Shown: one piece after another, positions 9,501 through 16,565 of the stretch
How the letters are laid out: each line of letters starts with the position of its first letter
Numbering within the stretch: position 1 is the first letter of the stretch
Source: Gammaproteobacteria bacterium
GTDB lineage: Bacteria > Pseudomonadota > Gammaproteobacteria > SZUA-152
NCBI GenBank assembly: GCA_050118235.1
Contig: JASFLF010000001.1
Span: 1-28,394 of the forward strand
Direction: 5' to 3'
DNA: 28,394 nucleotides
Made by a program: the position numbers and the translations under genes
Notes under the pieces: model-generated
Seen by the model: only the letters and a program-made list of their open reading frames with translations
Told to the model about the DNA's origin: nothing
Database searches by the model: none

Positions 9501-10241
9501 CGGGCATTGGCCAAATGTGTGAATGCGCTTGCCAACAGCAATGGCTGGTCTTATGCGCTGGAGGTCAATGGTATATTAAATTGTTCCGCACAGCAGATTA
9601 CGGACCTGAGCGGCTTGGAACAGTTAAGCAACTTGAGCGTGTTGCGCTTGGGCAGTAATAACATTGAAGATATTTCTTCTGTGGCGTCGCTGGGCAATTT
9701 GACTTTCTTGGACTTATACAACAATGCCATTAGTGACGTCAGTGTTTTGTCTGGTCTTAACACTTTGCGCACCTTGTATCTGCATAATAATAATATTTCC
9801 GATATCAGTGCATTGGCGGGGTTGAACAATCTGGACTATTTGATCCTGGATGAAAACGCGATCAGTGATCCCACGCCGATTACCGGCATCAACACGCTAA
9901 CACGCTTGTTTTTTCGAGCCAATTTGTTAACCGACGTCAACGCTTTTGATCAGTTGACGCAGTTGACAGAGCTTTATTTGAACAACAACAGCATTACCGA
10001 CGTGAGCGCGTTGGCGGGTATGGTGTATTTGCAACAACTGGATTTACGTAATAATCATATTGGTGGTCAAGGGGTGGGCAATGTCGACACGTTATCGAGC
10101 CTCACCAATGTCAGCAAGATACGTCTATCGGGAAACAACTTGATTTCCTGTACCGAGTTAACCTCTTTGATCGCGGTGTTGGGGCCCAACGCTACCGACC
10201 TGGGTGAAGCCCAGCTAGGGGTTAATTGTCAGGCACCGTGA
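6576..10241 (+). CDS. Large lipoprotein with four tandem FN3 + leucine-rich-repeat modules (internalin-like LRRs)
   Basis: Hydrophobic WIVVVVLL, then lipobox ITAC, then a GGGGDGG linker. Four FN3-like units (GNxxVxLxW...YxxYW...YYY/F) are each followed by DxxLxxC...C-capped LxLxxNxI repeats ending GNxxISC...C. Start may be 6576 or 6582. Confidence 0.88.
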   Translation: MRMSQHFQHNAKDRQSQPLFLGTWIVVVVLLITACTGGGGDGGSPPVRKSATPQTPANLNAIAGNQQVTLTWGTVPDASGYTLYWNNTPDVAKDSSHVVRNVSPGYRHQELTNGQVYFYRIAAANGSGESLPSDEITAMPGGHTLADTVTDANLRHCLTNYSTSTPVYADTISGEVDCSYRGINDLEGLQFLAALTALNLAGNNIQNISALSQLSSLTTLDLSGNQLNRDAEAVLEALFQFGALTQLSIAGNPQLSCAFIDAMLDTISATDISASEAGVNCAVYSQTPAPIGTLTPVAAKAIGGNEKVTVTWEEVTGASHYNIYWGTASGITTESENVIAGAHPPYVHSGLSNGATYYYVVTAVSGGAEGRLSPEVWATPSSEGTAIDGVFTDTNLQSCVSDYAVGKGWTFTHEITGYLDCSSRAISDLQGIGQLPELSQLNVMNNAIADTTPLATLTNLTRLYISNNQIDSLVGLADLSSLNFLNLGRNRITTVNALAGLDNLTALYLNSNQIVDAGALAGLINLQILDLRENSIGGEDIGNIDELASLVNASSILLAGNYDIACTELAALFTALGPNIVDIAANVASIDCIGVPNPPLNVSAAGGNQRVILTWDNIINASAYNIYWSNSPAVSISSANKKANVRSGYQHTALTNGLAYYYVVTAENASGESEISQEVSAVPQQVVIAGLFADSNLQTCIEELASMNGWTTAEQVSGVVNCSARAISDVSGIEHLTGVTALSLNENNLTDITAIGYLDKLRSLSLYRNNITSVDALVNMTALRDLFISNNLISKVHPVGSLPQLQVVDLRNNRIGSSGSGGVDQLTSLTNATLISVSGNPSISCIELQNLLDTLGASVIDMNSAIAGENCTRPSLIPAGIQAVGGNSQISLRWVEVPVATAYNIYWATVSGVTPASGQKVTVTSPQYAHTGLDNDTTYYYVITSQLASGQSAPSEELAARPSANGVPLAGLFPDRALAKCVNALANSNGWSYALEVNGILNCSAQQITDLSGLEQLSNLSVLRLGSNNIEDISSVASLGNLTFLDLYNNAISDVSVLSGLNTLRTLYLHNNNISDISALAGLNNLDYLILDENAISDPTPITGINTLTRLFFRANLLTDVNAFDQLTQLTELYLNNNSITDVSALAGMVYLQQLDLRNNHIGGQGVGNVDTLSSLTNVSKIRLSGNNLISCTELTSLIAVLGPNATDLGEAQLGVNCQAP

Positions 10242-10371
10242 TACTACGCTGTCACTATGTCGAGTGTTTTTAGGAAGGATCTTAAAAAGTAGGACGGGCA
10301 AGTGCTAAGATTCTTCCTGGCAGAATGACATTCTGCGCGTGTCCAACTGATGATTCTGAAATGATGATAAG

Positions 10372-10400
10372 GCTGTGCGCCCGGGCAAAAGGCGCACAGC
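10372..10400. terminator. Hairpin between the convergent LRR-lipoprotein gene and msrA
   Basis: Perfect 10-bp stem GCTGTGCGCC / GGCGCACAGC with a 9-nt loop. No clear U-tract. Confidence 0.55.
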
Positions 10401-10414
10401 GCGGTGAATGTTGC

Positions 10415-10885
10415 TTAGTTGACGTGGCTGCCCATTTTGCGTTTGGCAAAATAATGTTGATGATATTCCTCCGCGGGATAGAACTTTTGCAGCGGGCGAA
10501 TATCGGTTACGATAGTTCTGGATTCGGTTAATTGGTTTTGCAACCGTTCTTTGGATGCAATAGCCGCGACTCTCTGCTCTTCGTTGCTATACAATATCAT
10601 CGATCGATACTGAGAACCAACGTTTGCCCCTTGGCGGTTCACCGAAGTTGGGTCGTGGCAATTCCAGAATATATGTAACAATTGCTTATAACTGATAACG
10701 GCAGGATCAAACCGTACTTGGAGGGCTTCAGCGTGGCCGGTGGTGCCACTACAAATGTCTTGATAGGAGGGATTAGGGTATTCACCGCCAGTGTAACCTA
10801 CCGTGGTTGAACAGATTCCCTGAAGTCGACTGAAAGTTTCCTCTAAACACCAGAAACAACCAGCCGCAAAAGTTGCTTTCTCCAT
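10415..10885 (-). CDS. msrA: Peptide-methionine (S)-S-oxide reductase
   Basis: AAGCFWC, GYTGG, TGHAE, HDPT, RQGANVGSQYRS and AEEYHQHY. Confidence 0.95.
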   Translation of the reverse strand: MEKATFAAGCFWCLEETFSRLQGICSTTVGYTGGEYPNPSYQDICSGTTGHAEALQVRFDPAVISYKQLLHIFWNCHDPTSVNRQGANVGSQYRSMILYSNEEQRVAAIASKERLQNQLTESRTIVTDIRPLQKFYPAEEYHQHYFAKRKMGSHVN

Positions 10886-11102
10886 AAATCACCTCTGCAG
10901 ATTAATAATAATTTTAATGCTTGTTAGAAATGACTAATATCTAATCAATTCATAAAGTGCTTTGGTGTTCGCTACAGCAATAAAACATAGTATCTAATGC
11001 ATCTATAATCAAATTTTTTTAATATAAAAATTTGCCGCAGAAATATTTATAAGATTAAGATTTTATTGAAAATATTTAGAATTGATCAAAAACCGAGCAA
11101 TA

Positions 11103-11684
11103 TTATTTCGTTGGTTGAAGAGTGAATTTCGCGATTTCGGTGTATTCCGCACCGGTTGGCTTGAGTTCGCTTTTGAACAGAATGACATGGTCTATGGGCA
11201 TTGTTGTTGTATCAGTCACTGCTAATAAACCCTCCAGGCCTTTTACAGGCTTGCGGAAACGACCCACCGTGATATGACCCCGGAACGGCCTTTCTTCGGG
11301 AGTGACGCCCGCCTCAACCGCCAGCGCTTCCATGGCTTCGGCTATCTGTTGCAACACAGCGTTTTTGTGTACTAGCGACGCCAGCATTCTCGCTTTCTTG
11401 ACGCTGGGAAAAGGCTGGGGGGAGGTGATCGTGACTGTGAAGACGGATTGACTTTCCAAAAAAATTTTTAAGCCGGCTTGGATTTGTTGTATTTGTTCCA
11501 AGTACAAGTCTCCAAGAAAGCGCATCGTAATGTGTATGTTGGATTCGGCTGTCCAGCGGATATGCTTAATCCAGGGATCTTTGCTATGTTGGTGTTTGAA
11601 ATTGTCTATAAATGCCAAGGCCGTTTCGCTGAGCTTTATGCCGATAAATGTGCGGAATTTTTCGGTGTCGGTAGTCATGGACAA
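11103..11684 (-). CDS. thpR: RNA 2',3'-cyclic phosphodiesterase (2H phosphoesterase, LigT-like)
   Basis: Two HxT motifs (HITMRFLG, HITVGR), RTFIGI and LFKSEL. Confidence 0.9.
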   Translation of the reverse strand: MSMTTDTEKFRTFIGIKLSETALAFIDNFKHQHSKDPWIKHIRWTAESNIHITMRFLGDLYLEQIQQIQAGLKIFLESQSVFTVTITSPQPFPSVKKARMLASLVHKNAVLQQIAEAMEALAVEAGVTPEERPFRGHITVGRFRKPVKGLEGLLAVTDTTTMPIDHVILFKSELKPTGAEYTEIAKFTLQPTK

Positions 11685-11730
11685 TATGGTAGTAAGTTAG
11701 GTCCTTGAATACAATAATGTTGATGGAATA

Positions 11731-12570
11731 TTACTTCTTGCGGCCTGCCCTAAAATAGTCGGTATTGTCATAATAAGCTTCCTCGTTATTATTGTCCCAT
11801 TCGGGCATGCCCAATAGAGGAAAGGGTTGCAAGTGTTTAGGGCTAGGGTAGTGATTATTTTCAAATGCCTGAGCTGTCATGCAATCCAAATAGCTGAGCT
11901 GCTGTGGTAACGGCCACTGGAAGCAGCTCGCATCAACATGAAACAAAGCAGCATGTGCCGTCAAACCGATATAGGGATTGAGCGCTTTTTCATAAACCGC
12001 ATGGCCGAATACAAAACAACGCAAGCGCGTTGTTAGTTCGTGACGGCGCTGCCAGAATAAATCTTTCCAACGGAATTCGCGAATACAATCCAACAACGAG
12101 TTATCGAAAGAGACTACTATCGCGCCACATTCATCGAATTGCGTCAACACATTTTCCATCGGAGTTCTTTGTGTACTGTCCGGTTTGGATTGTTTTCGTT
12201 GGCGAATGGCTTGATAGTGTTTGGCGTTTAACAGCGCTTTGGTCTTCGGGAAGGTATTCCACACCAAAACTTGAAAAAAATCATGCCAGTTCTCCGAGCG
12301 AGTTTGCACTTCACCGGTTAAATAAATCCGTGGTTCATAGTCATCCTGCCAATGCAGCGGTTTGGCGGCTTGTGGCACAAACTGAATTGCGGCGCCCCCC
12401 AAGGAGTGGATGGGGACAGGTTGATGTGCCAACAAGACTTGGTAATCCTCCAGGCTTGGCCAATGCTCGGATTTGCAGGATAATAAATCTGCCTGGGGTT
12501 GAAGTGGTAAATACAGCGGCGAAATTGCCATGAAATGGGGATTCCACTGATCAAGCGTTGTTTTTGCCAT
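11731..12570 (-). CDS. DUF3025-like conserved protein
   Basis: YEPRIYLTGEVQTRSENWHDFF, TQFDECG, VFGHAVYEK and PFPLLGMPEW match my recollection of this family. Confidence 0.7.
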   Translation of the reverse strand: MAKTTLDQWNPHFMAISPLYLPLQPQADLLSCKSEHWPSLEDYQVLLAHQPVPIHSLGGAAIQFVPQAAKPLHWQDDYEPRIYLTGEVQTRSENWHDFFQVLVWNTFPKTKALLNAKHYQAIRQRKQSKPDSTQRTPMENVLTQFDECGAIVVSFDNSLLDCIREFRWKDLFWQRRHELTTRLRCFVFGHAVYEKALNPYIGLTAHAALFHVDASCFQWPLPQQLSYLDCMTAQAFENNHYPSPKHLQPFPLLGMPEWDNNNEEAYYDNTDYFRAGRKK

Positions 12571-12684
12571 GGTTGTGAAAGATTAGTGTTTTTCTGCAAA
12601 ACAATGGTTATTGTGTGAAATGATTATGGCGGGGCATGGTGGCCGCCGTCATTTTTACAGCAGCCTATTATAGGTGGGGCTAAT

Positions 12685-13053
12685 ATGGAAAAACAAACTG
12701 TGGTTGTGTTAGGGGCAAGTAACAAGCCCGAACGCTTTGCGAACATAGCTATTAAGAAGCTGATTCACCATGGCCATGAGGTGATACCGGTCCATCCTAG
12801 ATTGATGGAAATAGATGGTCTACCGGTGGTCAGTGAGTTAAGTCAAATTCAAAACAGCGTTGATACCTTGACCCTTTATGTAGGGCCAAAACGTATTCTG
12901 CCGTTGATCGATGACATTGTTGCTTTAAGGCCAAAGCGGGTGATATTCAATCCCGGTACCGAGTCAGCAACGCTAGAACAGCATTTGACAGAAAACAACA
13001 TTCCGTTTGTAAGGGCGTGTACATTGGTAATGTTGGATTCCGATACGTTTTAG
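12685..13053 (+). CDS. CoA-binding protein (YccU-like)
   Basis: VVVLGASNKPER, VIPVHP, VDTLTLYV, RVIFNPG and ACTLVM. Confidence 0.88.
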   Translation: MEKQTVVVLGASNKPERFANIAIKKLIHHGHEVIPVHPRLMEIDGLPVVSELSQIQNSVDTLTLYVGPKRILPLIDDIVALRPKRVIFNPGTESATLEQHLTENNIPFVRACTLVMLDSDTF

Positions 13054-13060
13054 GTTATCG

Positions 13061-13987
13061 CTAGCTTTTAATGCGCTCAAGTTCGGCTAACACGTTATCT
13101 AATGGTGGTTCAATGATTGATTGCTCAATCGTTTCACTATCCAAAATCGGGTCATTAAGAACCATTTCGTCAAAAACGGTGTCGCCATCTTTTGCTGGTA
13201 ACTTCTGGCTGAGATTTTTGAAATCGAATAATTTGTCGTCCAGTAAATGCGACGGCGTTATGTTTTGTAAGGCTTGGAAGATGATTTCGGTTCGCCCTGG
13301 GTATTGTTTCTCCCAGTCGTGTAACATGGTTTTGATGTGTTTGCGCTGTAAATTTTGTTGTGATCCGCAGAGATTGCAGGGAATAATGGGGAATTCCATG
13401 GCTCTGGAATAACGGGCTATGTCTTTTTCAGCGCAATATGCCAGGGGGCGGATCACGGTATGGACGCCATCGTCGGTGAGCAATTTCGCCGGCATGGCTT
13501 TAAGTTTAGCGCCGAAAAACATATTTAAAAACAGCGTTTCCACAATGTCATCGCGGTGATGACCTAAGGCAATCTTGGTGGCACCCAATTCATTGGCAAC
13601 CCGATAGATGATGCCACGCCGCAGACGCGAGCATAACGAACACAAAGTTTTGCCCGCGGGTATTTTGTCAACCACAATGGAATAAGTATCTTCGGTCTCA
13701 ATGTGATAACGCACGCCGAGGGATTGCAAATAATTAGGCAGGACATCAGCTGGAAATCCCGGTTGTTTTTGATCCAGGTTCATGGCAATGATTTCAAAAT
13801 CAATGGGGGCGCGTTCCCTCAATGCCGTGAGGATTTTTAACAATGTATAAGAGTCCTTGCCGCCACTGAGACAAACCATGACCACGTCAGATTGCTCGAT
13901 CATATTAAAATCGCCAATGGCTTTGCCTGTCAGGCGTTCCAGGCGTCTTTCCAGTCTTTTGAAATTGGTGGAACCTTTCATATTCAA
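13061..13987 (-). CDS. ttcA: tRNA 2-thiocytidine(32) synthetase
   Basis: PP-loop [31 protein letters not shown] and [10 protein letters not shown]. Confidence 0.95.
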   Translation of the reverse strand: MNMKGSTNFKRLERRLERLTGKAIGDFNMIEQSDVVMVCLSGGKDSYTLLKILTALRERAPIDFEIIAMNLDQKQPGFPADVLPNYLQSLGVRYHIETEDTYSIVVDKIPAGKTLCSLCSRLRRGIIYRVANELGATKIALGHHRDDIVETLFLNMFFGAKLKAMPAKLLTDDGVHTVIRPLAYCAEKDIARYSRAMEFPIIPCNLCGSQQNLQRKHIKTMLHDWEKQYPGRTEIIFQALQNITPSHLLDDKLFDFKNLSQKLPAKDGDTVFDEMVLNDPILDSETIEQSIIEPPLDNVLAELERIKS

Positions 13988-14141
13988 AATTTACCTATAG
14001 TCTTTACTCTTAGGGTGCAATGTCATAGTTGTGCTGTTGGGATCAGCCCTGATGGTGAGCAGAGTCGAACCGAGTATCGGGGGGTGACTCCAACAGCTAT
14101 ATTGTATGGCCTTGGGCCAGGACTTAACACAAAACTAGAAA

Positions 14142-14576
14142 TTAGCCGTGATGAAACAACCGTTGCCACCAGCGGCGACGGCTTTGCGGCGGTGGAAACG
14201 CATGGGGTAAGTCTTCGGGCTTGGTTTGAGACAGCACCCATCCCGGTAGCGGTGGGTGATCGCTAAATCCGCAACTCACGCCCAGGTTATTGGGATCAAA
14301 GATTTTTATAAAAGTGGGATTTTGCAATTCGTCAGCATAAACAATACCACAATAGTCTTCTTTGTGTTCGGATCGCAACAATTCATCTATTTCACTGATA
14401 AACCGCTGCAGCGCGTCCGAGGATGAAGGTTCCGTGGGTGGTGTTTCCCCCACTTGATATATAAACCATCGTTGGTCCTGGTGTTTGCGTACTGTGTTCC
14501 ACAGTTCATCCAGTTGTGGCCACCTAAGTACACCGTAAAAACTACCTTTGAATTGTTCTAAGAATTTTTTCGCCAT
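14142..14576 (-). CDS. Conserved hypothetical protein
   Basis: The 144-153 aa ORF reads as a real protein (FKGSFYGVLRWPQLDELW, EHKEDYCGIVYAD, FDPNNLGVSCG, C-terminal RRWWQRLF). Start is 14576 or 14603. Confidence 0.7.
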   Translation of the reverse strand: MAKKFLEQFKGSFYGVLRWPQLDELWNTVRKHQDQRWFIYQVGETPPTEPSSSDALQRFISEIDELLRSEHKEDYCGIVYADELQNPTFIKIFDPNNLGVSCGFSDHPPLPGWVLSQTKPEDLPHAFPPPQSRRRWWQRLFHHG

Positions 14577-14662
14577 GTATTGTGTATAACCTCGATGTTT
14601 CACTGAATTATCAATTAATTACCCTTCCATTAACTATTTGATCAGTTCCTTATGCAAACTTT

Positions 14663-14709
14663 TGTGATGGTATTCTCTCAAAAGTTGAGAAGTTCATCAC
14701 ACTTTTTTT
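14663..14709. promoter_or_regulatory. Nested inverted repeat followed by a T-run in the divergent intergenic region
   Basis: TGTGATG (14663-14669) / CATCACA (14695-14701) enclose TCTCAA-AAG-TTGAGA, followed by CTTTTTTT. Confidence 0.4.
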
Positions 14710-14798
14710 GCTTTAAGCAATTCTTAAGGTTGCGATAACTATTAAAAATACTCAACAATTATGTAAGGGAATTACCCAAGCGGAGATTTGAGAAAAAT

Positions 14799-15980
14799 AT
14801 GAATGAAGCGGCCATAAAACTTGCTGTGACTGGAATGGACCATAGATCACAACTTTTATTTACTAAAACAGTGCAATTGCAGTTACAAGGAATTTGCCGA
14901 ATTGTCGACGTGCAGGAAGCGGAAGTGGTTCTGATCGACATGGATTCGGCGAATTCCGAAGAATATTGGATTTCATTGAAAGATAATTTTCCAGAACTAC
15001 CGGTAATTGCTCTGTCGATTCGGCCGGTCAATGAAAAAAACACACTTTATTTGCGTAAGCCTATAAAAATTAACTCCTTGATAACTACGTTGCGAATATT
15101 GTTTCCAAAACGATTTATGGCGAAGGGAAACGAATTCAACAAGCAAAAAAATGTAGACGGGCAGTGTTCAAATAAGCAAGACAAGTCGTTAAATGCGAGA
15201 ACAACTATCGCAGATGTATTCAATAACACAGTGGATAAATCTTCGAATGTCGTTGCACTTTCAGACAAGGTATCGCCCGGAGAATGCATACTCGATGTGT
15301 TCGATGCTTCCTCTCATTTGATTTACTATGTCATGCAAGCTAGTTTGCAGGCAAAGGCGTTGAAAAAACTCGCCAAAATTTCACTGTGGAATGGCAGGAT
15401 CATTTTATGTAACTTTAGTCCCAACGTCATAATTACAAATGTTTCAGAAGGAATGCTGAGAAGTCTGGCCATCGTTCAATTGAATGAGAGTCAAACGAAA
15501 ATAACCATAGAGCATGTCGAACCGGACATATTGGATACGATTAATCCCAAGAAAGATCCGGCGTATAAAGAATTGAACGTGGAAAGTTTTATCTGGCAAT
15601 TGGCGTTGTTGACAGCAAGGGGAAGAGTGCCTTTGGAACTGCACGACAATATGTTTTTTGTTGATAAGCCGGTGTACATGGAATATTGGCCGAATTTAAC
15701 GCGACTTATGCCAGTACCCTATGCACAGCAGATAACGGCGTTGCTGGTTTTGCAGCCCAGGACTTTTAAAGAAATCTCTAAGACCTTGGCGATCGATGTA
15801 AAGCATGTCGCAGACTTATTCTTTGCGGCCGCGATGATAGGGTGTGCCGGTCAGGCTAAACGACCAGCCGATAAATTATTCGCACCGTTCGAGGTGGAAC
15901 AACACAAACACCGCAAAGTACTGTCTTCCATCATGAACAGACTACGCAGTATTGCTATGGGCAACGCGCAAAGTGCGTAA
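14799..15980 (+). CDS. Hypothetical protein with N-terminal receiver-like domain and C-terminal winged-helix-like region
   Basis: The N-terminus has VVLIDMD, PVIALS and YLRKP at receiver beta3/beta4/beta5-like spacing. The later part has FIWQLALLTARGRVP, YWPNLTRL and an HTH-like RTFKEISKTLAIDVKHV. Confidence 0.65.
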   Translation: MNEAAIKLAVTGMDHRSQLLFTKTVQLQLQGICRIVDVQEAEVVLIDMDSANSEEYWISLKDNFPELPVIALSIRPVNEKNTLYLRKPIKINSLITTLRILFPKRFMAKGNEFNKQKNVDGQCSNKQDKSLNARTTIADVFNNTVDKSSNVVALSDKVSPGECILDVFDASSHLIYYVMQASLQAKALKKLAKISLWNGRIILCNFSPNVIITNVSEGMLRSLAIVQLNESQTKITIEHVEPDILDTINPKKDPAYKELNVESFIWQLALLTARGRVPLELHDNMFFVDKPVYMEYWPNLTRLMPVPYAQQITALLVLQPRTFKEISKTLAIDVKHVADLFFAAAMIGCAGQAKRPADKLFAPFEVEQHKHRKVLSSIMNRLRSIAMGNAQSA

Positions 15981-15994
15981 ATATTGGAGAGATC

Positions 15995-16531
15995 ATGAGT
16001 TCACATAAAATTATTTTTACCGGTCCGGTCGGTGCGGGTAAAACCACTTCCATTGCGGCCATCAGCGATGTCGAGCCGTTCGTTACCGAACAAATTGCCA
16101 CAGATGCTACCAAGAACAGGAAAGAACAAACTACAGTAGCGATGGACTATGGCATGTTAAAGCTGGAGAACAACGAGCGAATCCATTTATACGGTACGCC
16201 GGGGCAGGAACGATTTAATTTTATGTGGGATATTTTGACCGACGGCGGAGTTGGGCTTATTTTATTGATCGATAATAAGCGAGCGAATCCCTTGGATGAT
16301 TTGTCCTTTTTTCTCCAGTCTTTTAAAAATTTTATTGAAGAGACTGCCGTTGTCGTCGGAGTAACCCGCATGGACATTGCATGCAAACCCACTTTGGAAG
16401 ACTATCGCAGGGTCATGAGGGAACTGAACATGAATATCCCAATCTTCGAAGTTGATGCTCGAGAAAGAAAAGACGTTATCTATCTGGTTCAAACCCTATT
16501 GTATTGTCTTGATCCCAGGATTGCGGCTTAG
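15995..16531 (+). CDS. Small GTPase, MglA / conservon CvnD (ATP/GTP-binding) type
   Basis: G1 GPVGAGKTT, G2 TTVAMDYG, G3 GTPGQERFNFMW, G4 TRMD, G5 DAR. GGAGA ribosome-binding site. Confidence 0.9.
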   Translation: MSSHKIIFTGPVGAGKTTSIAAISDVEPFVTEQIATDATKNRKEQTTVAMDYGMLKLENNERIHLYGTPGQERFNFMWDILTDGGVGLILLIDNKRANPLDDLSFFLQSFKNFIEETAVVVGVTRMDIACKPTLEDYRRVMRELNMNIPIFEVDARERKDVIYLVQTLLYCLDPRIAA

Positions 16532-16565
16532 TGAAAGTTATCGAAATGAGCGGTGTAGATTAATT

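Noticed and set aside
6576-10241. Autotransporter, RTX or NLR-type immune protein
   Set aside because: No C-terminal beta-barrel, GGxGxD repeats or NTPase domain; the N-terminal lipobox indicates a lipoprotein.
11103-13987. RNA-repair or defence cluster around thpR and ttcA
   Set aside because: No RNA ligase, kinase or nuclease partner; the genes have mixed orientation and are common housekeeping genes.
16452-16565. N-terminal extension of the ABC-phosphatase ORF, and similar extensions at 1939, 18040, 18958 and 23460
   Set aside because: They overlap upstream genes or precede clear ribosome-binding sites, and family-like sequence starts at the later codons.
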